Made by a program: the position numbers and the translations under genes. The notes under the pieces are model-generated. The model was not told where the DNA came from. It worked only from the letters and a program-made list of their open reading frames with translations, and made no database searches. A DNA stretch of 64,000 bases from positions 7,840,001 through 7,904,000 of the forward strand of contig OZ240241.1 in assembly GCA_965198115.1 (NCBI GenBank), read 5' to 3'. Positions 35,883-46,397 of the stretch are shown here, in pieces; positions within the stretch are counted from its first letter, which is position 1, and every line of letters starts with the position of its first letter. The stretch is from Candidatus Latescibacterota bacterium. Lineage in GTDB: Bacteria; Latescibacterota; UBA2968.

Positions 35883-36649
35883 GTTGACAGACTCATTTGA
35901 CATACCGGGCGTCAACCTCCTGGTCGACCCAGGCCTGCAACCGGGCAAATTCACAGAAGAGGGCAAGCTCGAGTTCAGCGACTTCGACTTCCAGCCCACG
36001 GTCCGATCCGGGCAGGAGCTCGCGTCGGTAGACAGCTCACATCCCGAATCCAAAGTATTGACCTCCGGCTCGAACGTTCGCGTCGAAATTCGCGAAGGTG
36101 GGCTCGGCTTCTTCGCGGAAGCGGACGGCGTGTTCCGGCTGATCAACAACCAGCTCGCCGTGTTCGAAATCCTCGAGATCGACGGTGACGTCGGGTTCGA
36201 GACTGGAAACCTTCGGTTCGACGGGTCCATCTACATCAAGGGGCGCGTAAATCAGGCATTCGCCGTCAAATCCGGCGGAGACGTCATCGTCGCCGGGAAC
36301 GTCGAGGCTGGGGCCAAGATCACTGCCTCGGGCGGTGTCTACGTCGGCGGCGACGTGAAGGGATTGAGGACGAAAATCGTCGCCATGGGTCCGATCCGAA
36401 CGGGATTCGTCAACGAAGCCTATGCGTTCAGTGGCAACGACATCGAGATTGGAAATCTGTGCGATCGTGGGACACTCCGGGCCGGCGGGGCGATTCGTGT
36501 CAACAAGATCGAAGACCCTAGAAGTGGAGGCATTGCGGGCGGCCAGGCTTGGTCGCTGTCGGGCATGGATGTCCACCAGGCCGGTACGCCCACAGGGACC
36601 CTCACCCAGCTCAATGCAGGTCTCGACCTCGAACACGGAAAGAAGCTAG

Positions 36650-38203
36650 GAGCCTGTCGGGTTACACCCGGAAGCTCGTTGAGATTAAGTCCAGCTGAGT
36701 CTGTCAGCGACCGGTTACCTTCGTTTTTTCCTTGAGCCGAGTTCCTCTTCGGGATCAGGTAGCCAATGAGAGTCGATAGAGTTTCAGAAGGTTGTGTGTG
36801 AGACAGATCAGGTTCCATTCTCTGATGACTTTGTGGATTCGGCGGAATGAGAATCGGGTGAAGTTCCGAACGGATTTGATCTGTCCAAACACGGGTTCGA
36901 TGATCTGTTTTCTTTTTCAGTAGGTGCAGCGACCTTTCTGTGTGAGAAGCTTTCTCGCCATTTTGTCTTTCGTCGTTGCGCCCTTGGGGATCCGTCCCCT
37001 GGGGCAGGTCGCGATGGGCGTTCCATGTTTCTGTTTTGTCGTCGCCACATAGAGGTCGACGCCATCTGATTGAACCTGATCGACCTGACTTTGGTTGAAG
37101 TATCCGGTGTCGGCAGTGAGGTGCTTGGGTGTCGTGCCGCCCATATTCGCTCTGATCTGGTTGACCATAGGTGTCATCTGGTTCTTGTCATCAGCTTCTT
37201 GGGTGACGTCGGCAGCAACGACAATCTGGGCCTTGTCATCCACAGCAGCTTGGCAGTTGTAGGCTTGAAGGAATTGGCCCCCTGAGACCATGATCCGTGA
37301 GTCGGGATCGGTGAAGTTCAGTTGTTCCTTTCAGTCGGGCTCTTTCGATGGAGGCTTGGGCTTACGTCCACGACCGCCGCGGCGCTCCCGGGCCTTTACC
37401 TTCTCTTCATACGCTGCCTGCTTCTCAGGAAACTCAGCCTCCGCTTCGGCTTCGATCTCGGCTATTGCGTCGCGGATTACTTTGAGTCGAGTCTCCCGGT
37501 GCTGCAACTCCTCGGGCAACTCGTCGCCGCGGTTGTCCTTTCCGTAGAGTTCGTCTTCGGCCGCGTCAGTGGCTTCGGCCTCGGTCAAGAGTCTGCGCAC
37601 TTCGGCCTCGATCTCGGCTTCTTTCTTCTTCATCCGGCCGTAGCTCATCGCTTTGTGTTTTGAGGCATTTGCTTTGACTTTCGTGCCATCCAACGCCACG
37701 TGTCCCAGCTTCACCAGACCTGCCTTCACGCAGAGACACAGCACTTGCCTGAACAGACCTGAGAGGGCATCCAGATGCCGTTGACGAAAGGTCGATATCG
37801 TGTCGTGATCAGGATGCTGATCCAGGCTGAGCACACGGAAAGCAACCGAGTCATAGGTCGCACGCTCGATCTTGCGGGAACTCCTGATGCCTTCACAGTA
37901 ACCATACAGCAGTAGGCTCACCATCATCCGGGGATCATACGGTGGCTGGCCACCTTGAGACCCATCGTAGGTCTCGTAGATCGCGGACAAATCAAGTTGT
38001 CCGACGATATCCAGAATGAAGTAGGTCGGATGACCCTTGGGAAGCCAACTCCGGAGATCCGGAGGCAGCAACATCAACTGAGCCGGATTGTAGACACGAA
38101 ACCGAGTAGAAGTGCTCAACGGAAACCTCCAATTCAGAGTCGGAACCTTGATCGCACTTCTACAATACGAAATCTTCCTCCGGCTGGGTACTCCGACAGG
38201 CTC
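36650..38203 (-). mobile_element. IS1182-family element, copy 1
   Basis: IRs gagcctgtcgg / ccgacaggctc; CTAG TSD (36646-36649, 38204-38207). Confidence 0.95.
36756..38119 (-). pseudogene. IS1182 transposase with an in-frame TGA and a 3' frameshift
   Basis: YDPRMM..SSRKIE..PDHDTISTFR, ALDGTKVKANAS, then PD*KEQLNFTDPDSRIM, AYNCQ, ADTGY, IEPVFGQIK. Confidence 0.9.
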
Positions 38204-38615
38204 CTAGACGACCTAAACGATAAAATCGAGGCCGGCAACAAGCAGATCAAACGTCTGCTCGACCGAATGGGCATGACGACGATCGACGTCCCACAGATCC
38301 AGAGACGGCTTGCAGCGGCGCAGGGTCCAAAGCGAAAGATCCTGGCTGTGGCAGCTCGTCAGCTTGGCGAGATCGTCAAGGCCCATCAGGAACTGCTCGG
38401 GGAACGCGGCAAGGTCCATTCAGCCCTGGAAAAGCGGCTGACCGACGCACGCGTGAAGATCCGCGAGCACGTCTACACCGGTGTGGACGTACGAATCGGC
38501 GACCAGAATATGAAAGTCAGGGATGAGCTCGACGGCGTCGAATTCTTCGTCCGGAATGACATCCTCGTCCACGAGCCCATAGGCAGCTGACGGAAATCCC
38601 CACCCCGAGTCCCAC

Positions 38616-39317
38616 ATGCCCGACACACTCGCCGTATCCCTCATCACACCTACTTACAACGAACGAGAAAACGTTCCGATCCTGGCCGAGGAGATCTTCG
38701 CCACGCTCGAAGATCATCCGGAGATCGACCTGGAGCTCATCGTCGTCGACGACAATTCTCCCGACGGCACGGGCGAAATCGCGGAATCGTTGAAGGGGAA
38801 GTATCCGGTGCAAGTCATCCACCGGTCCGGTAAGCTCGGTCTCGGAAGTGCCGTGATGGAGGGATTCGGGAAAAGCGACCGGGATTTACTTGGCGTCATC
38901 GACGCCGACCTCAGCCACGACCCGGTCCTTGTTCCGCAACTGATTAAGGGGCTTGCAACGCACGACATTATGATCGGTACGCGTTACGATCCCGAGAGTC
39001 GCGTCGAGAGGTGGCCGTGGTATCGAAAAGCGATCTCCATGGCCGGTGTCTCGATGGCTCGAGCACTTACGGGTGTAAAGGACCCTCTGGCCGGCTACTT
39101 CTTCCTCCACCGTCGCGTCATCGATGGCTTCGAACTCAATTCTCCTGGCTACAAAATCCTCTTCGAGATTCTGATCAACGGCGAATACGACAGTTTCGCC
39201 GAGATTCCCTTCGTCTTCCGCAACCGCCAGTTCAGCAGCAGTAAACTGAACCTCCTCGAATACTACCTCTTCGCCAAACAGCTCTACATCTTCAGCATCA
39301 AGAAACTGAGTGAATAG
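38616..39317 (+). CDS. GT2 glycosyltransferase (polyprenol-phosphate mannosyltransferase-like)
   Basis: PTYNERENV, VDDNSPDGT, GLGSA, IDADLSHDP, EIPFVFRNR..SKL. Confidence 0.92.
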   Translation: MPDTLAVSLITPTYNERENVPILAEEIFATLEDHPEIDLELIVVDDNSPDGTGEIAESLKGKYPVQVIHRSGKLGLGSAVMEGFGKSDRDLLGVIDADLSHDPVLVPQLIKGLATHDIMIGTRYDPESRVERWPWYRKAISMAGVSMARALTGVKDPLAGYFFLHRRVIDGFELNSPGYKILFEILINGEYDSFAEIPFVFRNRQFSSSKLNLLEYYLFAKQLYIFSIKKLSE

Positions 39318-39537
39318 GCAGAAGTGAGAAGGAAAGCCCTATTCCTTCTGCCCTGTCGCACCGACGATTACGGCGAAGCCTTGTTACTGCCGACTGCCCA
39401 CAGCTTACTGCCGACTTGGCTTCCGTCAGCCGTCGCCGCTGTTCCTCTGTCTTCGGTCCTGTAACTTCAGTCCGGAGACTGCTCCCACCAAAACGGGCGA
39501 AGCCAGCTGCTCCGTCCACTGTCTCCCGTCATACCGG

Positions 39538-40986
39538 CTACTCCCACGGCATCGGGTATCGCCTTTCCCATCCAACACGCCCAAAGCTCGAGCTACTCGA
39601 ATTCGTGCGATGTCGTCCGGCAAACGATGAATCGGCCACCGACCGCATGATCTCCGAAGTCAGAATACCATCCAGACGGCGATAAATGTCTGAACAGACG
39701 GGGTCACTGGCCCGATTGTTCTGTTCCGTCGGGTCGTCTTCCAGATTGAACAAGTGTGTGCCCCTCCCATACTTACAGAGCTTCCACGTGCCGTCGAACA
39801 ACATCCAACCGTTCTTCAACGCCCCGAAGATGTGTTCGCGACACGTCTCGTCGCGCAGCCCCAGTCCGGTCAGGGGCCGTGCATCCATGTAGGATGGGAT
39901 GCGCTGACCCGCCAGGTTCAGAACCGTAGCCGTCACGTCGGTCAATGTCACGAGGTCGTCTAATACGTCGGAAGCTAAACCCGGATGACGAACGAGCATC
40001 GGCACGTGGCAGGCCGCTTCGTAGTAGGAGCCTTTGCCCCCCAGATCGTGATCGCCGAGGTAGTCTCCGTGGTCGGAGGAAAAGACGATCACCGTATTGT
40101 CGAGGATTCCTCTCTCTTGCAAAGCCTCGACGATACGGCCGACTTCGAGATCGATCTGTTTGACCAGACCGGCATAGCGGGCACGCTGCATCAGATAGGT
40201 TTCGTGGGATGGCGGTTCATCGTTCCGAATCGAGTACCACGACGTCCCGGTTCCGGGCCGATGGCTTCCTCCTCCCGCGCGCATGACCGACGTGTCTTCC
40301 AGGTTTCCCGGAATGGGTTCTAGCATGTCCTCGAGCTTGTAGGTCGCATACTCTACCGCCGGATCGTAGGGCGAATGAGGACCTGGAAAGCCGACCATGA
40401 TCGCAAAAGGAGCTTCGTCGTCGTAGGTGGAGATCCATCGTGCCGTCTCCTCGCCCACGAAGTGATCCACGTTGCACTCCCAGGGCTGCGGGCTGGTGCA
40501 CGCCATGTGATACTGGTGATACTCGGGGACGTCGATAAAGTCTCTTTTCGTGTAGCCTGCTTCGCGCAAGTAGAAATGATAGTCGTCCTCGATGAACCCC
40601 CAGAGCTTGTCTTCCGCGATGATCCGCTCCTGGAAGCCGAATCGCTTCTCCCACGGATAGAAGTGCATCTTCCCCGTCGCGAGCGTGCGATATCCCGCAT
40701 CATTCAGCAACTCCGGCCACGTGTGGATCCCACAAGTTTGATGATCCGGCCGCACGTATGTGGAGTTGTCCAGTACACCAACCCTGATCGCATTCATCCC
40801 CGTCAGCAGCGAGGCTCGAGCCGGTACGCAGACAGGGTGTTCGGAATAGGCATTCCGATAACGGATTCCCTGCGCCCCCAACGCATCGATGTTCGGCGTC
40901 TCTATGAACGATGCGCCGTAGCAGCTCAAAAAGTCGTGCCGCAGCTGATCCGGCATCATGAAGATGATGTTTGGCCTATCCGTCAT
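39538..40986 (-). CDS. sulfatase family protein
   Basis: PNIIFMMPDQLR, CVPARASLLTG, GKMH, PGPHSPYD, SSDHGDYLG. Confidence 0.93.
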   Translation of the reverse strand: MTDRPNIIFMMPDQLRHDFLSCYGASFIETPNIDALGAQGIRYRNAYSEHPVCVPARASLLTGMNAIRVGVLDNSTYVRPDHQTCGIHTWPELLNDAGYRTLATGKMHFYPWEKRFGFQERIIAEDKLWGFIEDDYHFYLREAGYTKRDFIDVPEYHQYHMACTSPQPWECNVDHFVGEETARWISTYDDEAPFAIMVGFPGPHSPYDPAVEYATYKLEDMLEPIPGNLEDTSVMRAGGGSHRPGTGTSWYSIRNDEPPSHETYLMQRARYAGLVKQIDLEVGRIVEALQERGILDNTVIVFSSDHGDYLGDHDLGGKGSYYEAACHVPMLVRHPGLASDVLDDLVTLTDVTATVLNLAGQRIPSYMDARPLTGLGLRDETCREHIFGALKNGWMLFDGTWKLCKYGRGTHLFNLEDDPTEQNNRASDPVCSDIYRRLDGILTSEIMRSVADSSFAGRHRTNSSSSSFGRVGWERRYPMPWE

Positions 40987-41130
40987 GCATCAGCCCTCGT
41001 GCCGTTTTGTCGTTCGCGAAAACCCATCGGTGGGACTCCTCCCGTTATCCTGAAATCCGTATGCCATCTATTCGCGGCCGGGAGGCCGCTCCCACCACAG
41101 AACCTTCGCCTGTTCGCCCACTCGCCGTGC

Positions 41131-42270
41131 TCACTGATCCACCACCGATCCATCGACATGCAACCTTGTGTTCCTCGCCCGCCCCTTGTAAGGGTGCTTC
41201 TCCATCGCATCAGGTGCGAGTTCCACGCCGATACCCGGCCGATCCGGAATCTTGATAAATCCGTTTTCGATCTCCAGGACTTCTTTCACGATCTCGCTCT
41301 TCGGTGGTTCCCCCTCACCCGTCGGATACTCCTGAAGAGCGAAGTTCGGAATCGAGGCGGCGATCTGGATACACGCGGCCGTGCTGACGGGGCTCAACGG
41401 ATTGTGTGGAACGACGCCGACGTGGTGGGCTTCTGCAAGCGCCGCGATCTTCTTGCTGTGCGTGATGCCGCCAGCCATGCAGACGTCCGGCCGTACGTAT
41501 TGCACCGCATTGCGTGCCAACAGCATCTCGAACTCGTAGATCGTGTGTAGCCGTTCTCCCGTCGCGATCGGAATGTTGATCTTCTGGGCGACCTCCCCCA
41601 TCGCATCGAAATTGTCCGGCCGAATCGGATCTTCATAGAAGTAGGGACGATAGGGCTCGATCGCTCGCCCGAGGGCAATCGCTTCGGCCGGCTCCATACG
41701 TCTGTGGATTTCGATGCAGAGATCCACATCATCCCCCACGGCGTCACGGTACGCAGCCACCGTATCGACCGCGTCCTTAATTTTGTGCGAGTGCGTCATG
41801 AAATAAGGCACCTCGCGGGGCTCATCCAGGAAAGGCGTCAGATGGCCAACAGCCGTGAAGCCCTGCGCTTTCGCATCGATGCAACCCTGAATCAGCTTCT
41901 CCTTGGTGTCCCCCTTCACGTGGTAGTAGACACGCGCGATGTCCCGGCACTTGCCCCCAAGCAACTGGTAGACGGGTACGCCGAAATGCTTTCCGGCAAT
42001 ATCCCACAGCGCGATGTCGATCGCGCTCAAGGCGCCCATGATCGCGGCCCCCCGAAAGTGGGTGCACCGATACAGATATTGCCAGTGGTGCTCGATCAGA
42101 AGAGGATCTTTGCCAACAAGATAGTCACGGTAATTTTCCATCACCGCAGCGGAGGCATCCAGGTAGCCCCATGCGCCAGACTCGCCCAGACCCACCAGAC
42201 CCGCATCGGTGTGAACCTCACAGAACAGGTAACGATCGATCGGCAGAATCTTCAGATCGGTGACTTTCAC
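41131..42270 (-). CDS. dgoD: galactonate dehydratase-like enolase-superfamily enzyme
   Basis: SAIDIALWDIAGK..PVYQLLGGKCRD, EIHRR, FYEDP, ATGERL, PHNPLSP, ALQEY. Substrate is not certain. Confidence 0.75.
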   Translation of the reverse strand: MKVTDLKILPIDRYLFCEVHTDAGLVGLGESGAWGYLDASAAVMENYRDYLVGKDPLLIEHHWQYLYRCTHFRGAAIMGALSAIDIALWDIAGKHFGVPVYQLLGGKCRDIARVYYHVKGDTKEKLIQGCIDAKAQGFTAVGHLTPFLDEPREVPYFMTHSHKIKDAVDTVAAYRDAVGDDVDLCIEIHRRMEPAEAIALGRAIEPYRPYFYEDPIRPDNFDAMGEVAQKINIPIATGERLHTIYEFEMLLARNAVQYVRPDVCMAGGITHSKKIAALAEAHHVGVVPHNPLSPVSTAACIQIAASIPNFALQEYPTGEGEPPKSEIVKEVLEIENGFIKIPDRPGIGVELAPDAMEKHPYKGRARNTRLHVDGSVVDQ

Positions 42271-42357
42271 GGATGACTCCTAACGAGGAGGTTTGGTACA
42301 CATAAACCGATGCGTTATACTCACTGAAGCAGTTCGTCCCAAATGCGGAGGTCCAGG

Positions 42358-43224
42358 ATGGAAAAGCGACCCTACGGAAACAAGCCTGATCAGTTAAGCA
42401 TCATTGCTCTCGGCGGCATCGTCGTCAAAGACACCGAAGCGCCCGACGCGAGTCGTCTTGTTTCACACGCGATCGACAATGGCATCAACTACTTCGACGT
42501 GGCCCCCGGCTATGGTACCGCCGAAGAATGCCTGGGCCCGGCGCTCGAGCCCTATCGAAACGACGTCTTCCTGGCCTGCAAAACAGGACGCCGCGACCGC
42601 GAAGGGGCGCGTGAAGAGCTCGATCGCTCCCTCAAGCGTTTATGTACCGACCACTTCGATCTCTATCAGCTCCACGCGATGAAGACGTGGGAAGATTTCG
42701 ATCAAGCCACGGGACCCAACGGCGCGTTGGAAACTTTCTACGAAGCACGCGAGAAGGGACAGATCCGATACATCGGATTCTCGGCACACTCGGAACCGGT
42801 CGCGCTGGCCCTGCTCGACCAGCTGGATTTCGACTCCGTCCTGTTTCCTCTCAATTGGGTGAACTATCTGGAGGCCGACTTCGGCCCCCGAGTTGTTGAT
42901 AAGGCCGCGTCGAAAGGAGCCGGCCGACTCGCCCTCAAAGCCCTGGCAAAAAGCCGCATTCCAAAGGGCGTAGACCGCCCATTCGAGCGATGCTGGTACG
43001 AACCCTGTTCGGACCCCGAACTCGCAAGCCTCGCGCTCAGGTTCACCCTCAGCCAGCCTATCACAGCAGCAATCCCTCCCGGTGACCCCGGTCTCTGGGA
43101 AATGGCCGTTGCGATCGGCCAGGACTTCAAACCCATCACCGAAGACGAAATAGGAATCCTTCGTGTAAAAGCGACCGAGAATACACCGTTGGCGAGTGAG
43201 GACTGGCTCGTCGAAGTACGATGA
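42358..43224 (+). CDS. aldo/keto reductase
   Basis: GINYFDVAPGYG, ACKT, SLKRLCTDHFDLYQLH, IRYIGFSAH. Confidence 0.92.
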   Translation: MEKRPYGNKPDQLSIIALGGIVVKDTEAPDASRLVSHAIDNGINYFDVAPGYGTAEECLGPALEPYRNDVFLACKTGRRDREGAREELDRSLKRLCTDHFDLYQLHAMKTWEDFDQATGPNGALETFYEAREKGQIRYIGFSAHSEPVALALLDQLDFDSVLFPLNWVNYLEADFGPRVVDKAASKGAGRLALKALAKSRIPKGVDRPFERCWYEPCSDPELASLALRFTLSQPITAAIPPGDPGLWEMAVAIGQDFKPITEDEIGILRVKATENTPLASEDWLVEVR

Positions 43225-43229
43225 ACCCT

Positions 43230-43411
43230 ACCACGGAGAGCACGGAGGACACGGAGGGTATTTCCTAGTCATCCGTTCTTTTTGCCAGAAACAGCGATCC
43301 CTAGAGGATCGGGTCTGGCCCCGATTCTCGATGTTCGATCTTCGATTCTCTCGATCTCCTATTCCCGGTTCCGGGTCCCCGTTTCTCGTGTGTTTCGTGT
43401 ATTTCGTGGTT
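43230..43411. repeat. 9-bp-period and 7-bp-period intergenic repeats
   Basis: accacggagagcacggaggacacggag; tcgatgttcgatcttcgattc; tcgtgtgtttcgtgtatttcgtggt. Confidence 0.7.
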
Positions 43412-43840
43412 CCCGTTTTCGCCTTACTAGGAGCCTGTCGGAGTACCCAGCCGGAGGAAGATTTCGTATTGTAGAAGTGCGATCAAGGTTCCGACTCTGA
43501 ATTGGAGGTTTCCGTTGAGCACTTCTACTCGGTTTCGTGTCTACAATCCGGCTCAGTTGATGTTGCTGCCTCCGGATCTCCGGAGTTGGCTTCCCAAGGG
43601 TCATCCGACCTACTTCATTCTGGATATCGTCGGACAACTTGATTTGTCCGCGATCTACGAGACCTACGATGGGTCTCAAGGTGGCCAGCCACCGTATGAT
43701 CCCCGGATGATGGTGAGCCTACTGCTGTATGGTTACTGTGAAGGCATCAGGAGTTCCCGCAAGATCGAGCGTGCGACCTATGACTCGGTTGCTTTCCGTG
43801 TGCTCAGCCTGGATCAGCATCCTGATCACGACACGATATC

Positions 43841-45214
43841 GAGCTCAGGTCAATAGGTGTGTAAAAGAAATCAGGCGGCCATCTTCCCGGCTTCGACCTG
43901 CGGTTCGGTTGAGTGTTTCTGATCGTAGACTTGTTGTAGCAAGTGTGGCGCGGTGAGTTTCCTGAATCGGCTCTCTGCGACCTTGAGCGTACGCCAGATG
44001 AGAGTCGTGGCGTTCCTGACTTTCTTGAATCGCCTGGCGGCGTTTGTGCGAAGCCGAACGGAAGCAAAGGGGCTCTCGACGACGTTCGTGGTTCTCAGGT
44101 GTTTCCAGTGTTCCTTCGGGAAGTCGTAGAACGTGACCATCCGATCCCAGTCTCTTTCGAGCGTCTCCACGGCGGCAGGGAACTGTGAGCGATACCGTGC
44201 GGCAAAGCGTTTCCGGAGCTTCTCGGCCTCCTTTTTCGTGCCGGCATAGGGGATCTGGACGAGCAGTGCGCGGGCTTCAGCCTGTGCACGCTTGGCGACC
44301 TTGTCGAGCACGTTGAGGATCTTGTGGTTCCAGCACCGTTGTTGCCGGCTCTCTGGCCAGACCTGATCAACGGCCGCCCAGATGCCCATATTCCCGTCCG
44401 CGGCGATCAGGACAGGATGTTCGAGCCCGCGATCCCGGAGATCCCGGAGCACCGTGAGCCAGGATTCTGTAGACTCTCGATAACCGGGTTCTATCGCCAG
44501 GATCTCCTTGCTGCCGTCGCTCATCGCGCCGATCACGACCAGCAGACACGCCTTCTCGCGCTCGAGCCCGGCTTTGACGTAGATGCCATCAGCCCAGGCG
44601 TAGACCAGTTCGCGATTATCCAGACGCCTTTCTTTCCAGTCCTGGAAGTCGACCTCCCACTTCCCTCGAAGACGAGCGATCGAGGTCGGCGAAAGCGGCG
44701 CGCCATCACCGAGCAGCGCACGCAAAGACAACTCGAAGTCGCCCTGGGAGAGACCGTGGAGATAAAGGTCGGGAAGCAGATCTCCAATGGCCCTGGTTCT
44801 CCGGGCGAACAGGGGGAGGATGCGGCTTTCAAACCGCTCTTCCAGACCACGAACCCGGGGACGCCGGACCTTGATCGTTCCGCAGCTCGTCGAGAGACGC
44901 CGGGGCTTGCCGTAGCCGTTCCTGTAGCCCGTGGAGCTATCGACCTCGGCTCGGCGCTCATACCACGACCGGCCCAAGAACGCGGTCGCCTCCTCCTCCA
45001 GAATGGACTGGAACCGGCTCTGGATCTCTTCACGGATCCAATCGTCAACCGTCTCCCACGTCGGCATGGACTTCAATGGGGTTCTATGCGTATGTTCCTT
45101 CACGGCGATCCTCCTTCCCAACCGGGCCTCTCACCCGGTTTTGTGTGAATCAACTATCTCACGGGAAGGGTAGGGTCGCCCTTTCTCTTTTTCCACACCT
45201 TTTGATTATAGCTC
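43841..45214 (-). mobile_element. IS256-family element, copy 2 (1374 bp)
   Basis: Near-identical to 8997-10370; 9-bp TSD CACGATATC (43832-43840, 45215-45223). Confidence 0.95.
43871..45121 (-). CDS. IS256-family transposase
   Basis: 416 aa, a few substitutions relative to copy 1. Confidence 0.95.
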   Translation of the reverse strand: MGRRIAVKEHTHRTPLKSMPTWETVDDWIREEIQSRFQSILEEEATAFLGRSWYERRAEVDSSTGYRNGYGKPRRLSTSCGTIKVRRPRVRGLEERFESRILPLFARRTRAIGDLLPDLYLHGLSQGDFELSLRALLGDGAPLSPTSIARLRGKWEVDFQDWKERRLDNRELVYAWADGIYVKAGLEREKACLLVVIGAMSDGSKEILAIEPGYRESTESWLTVLRDLRDRGLEHPVLIAADGNMGIWAAVDQVWPESRQQRCWNHKILNVLDKVAKRAQAEARALLVQIPYAGTKKEAEKLRKRFAARYRSQFPAAVETLERDWDRMVTFYDFPKEHWKHLRTTNVVESPFASVRLRTNAARRFKKVRNATTLIWRTLKVAESRFRKLTAPHLLQQVYDQKHSTEPQVEAGKMAA

Positions 45215-46397
45215 CACGATATCGACCTTTCGTCAACGGCATCTGGATGCCCTCTCAGGTCTGTTCAGGCAAGTGCTGTGTCTCTGCGTGAAGGCAGGTG
45301 TCTGGTGAAGCTGGGACACGTGGCGTTGGATGGCACGAAAGTCAAAGCAAATGCCTCAAAACACAAAGCGATGAGCTACGGCCGGATGAAGAAGAAAGAA
45401 GCCGAGATCGAGGCCGAAGTGCGCAGACTCTTGACCGAGGCCGAAGCCACTGACGCGGCCGAAGACGAACTCTACGGAAAGGACAACCGCGGCGACGAGT
45501 TGCCCGAGGAGTTGCAGCACCGGGAGACTCGACTCAAAGTAATCCGCGACGCAATAGCCGAGATCGAAGCCGAAGCGGAGGCTGAGTTTCCTGAGAAGCA
45601 GGCAGCGTATGAAGAGAAGGTAAAGGCCCGGGAGCGCCGCGGCGGTCGTGGACGTAAGCCCAAGCCTCCATCGAAAGAGCCCGACTGAAAGGAACAACTG
45701 AACTTCACCGATCCCGACTCACGGATCATGGTCTCAGGGGGCCAATTCCTTCAAGCCTACAACTGCCAAGCTGCTGTGGATGACAAGGCCCAGATTGTCG
45801 TTGCTGCCGACGTCACCCAAGAAGCTGATGACAAGAACCAGATGACACCTATGGTCAACCAGATCAGAGCGAATATGGGCGGCACGACACCCAAGCACCT
45901 CACTGCCGACACCGGATACTTCAACCAAAGTCAGGTCGACCAGGTTCAATCAGATGGCGTCGACCTCTATGTGGCGACGACAAAACAGAAACATGGAACG
46001 CCCATCGCGACCTGCCCCAGGGGACGGATCCCCAAGGGCGCAACGACGAAAGACAAAATGGCGAGAAAGCTTCTCACACAGAAAGGTCGCTGCACCTACT
46101 GGAAAAGAAAACAGATCATCGAACCCGTGTTTGGACAGATCAAATCCGTTCGGAACTTCACCCGATTCTCATTCCGCCGAATCCACAAAGTCATCAGAGA
46201 ATGGAACCTGATCTGTCTCACACACAACCTTCTGAAACTCTATCGACTCTCATTGGCTACCTGATCCCGAAGAGGAACTCGGCTCAAGGAAAAAACGAAG
46301 GTAACCGGTCGCTGACAGACTCAGCTGGACTTAATCTCAACGAGCTTCCGGGTGTAACCCGACAGGCTCCTAGCCTGAATTATGCATAAAAAAAAAG

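Larger units (their letters stand above)
35884..38590 (+). pseudogene. FapA/DUF342-family protein interrupted by IS1182
   Basis: IDGDVGFETGNLRFDGSIYIKGRV..VKSGGDVIVAGNVE. Removing the IS restores KKLDDLNDKIE, ending VYTGVDVRIG..PIGS*. Confidence 0.88.
43431..46369 (+). mobile_element. IS1182-family element, copy 2, interrupted by IS256
   Basis: Same IRs as copy 1; CTAG TSD (43427-43430, 46370-46373). Transposase 43515..46264 is split by IS256, a 2-bp insertion at ~45299 and the TGA at 45686-45688. Confidence 0.95.

Noticed and set aside
40375-41550. Long unannotated ORFs (391 aa here; also 10144..10983, 16754..17815, 24581..25585, 52282..53277)
   Set aside because: They are antisense or shadow frames of well-supported genes in GC-rich DNA, with no motifs.
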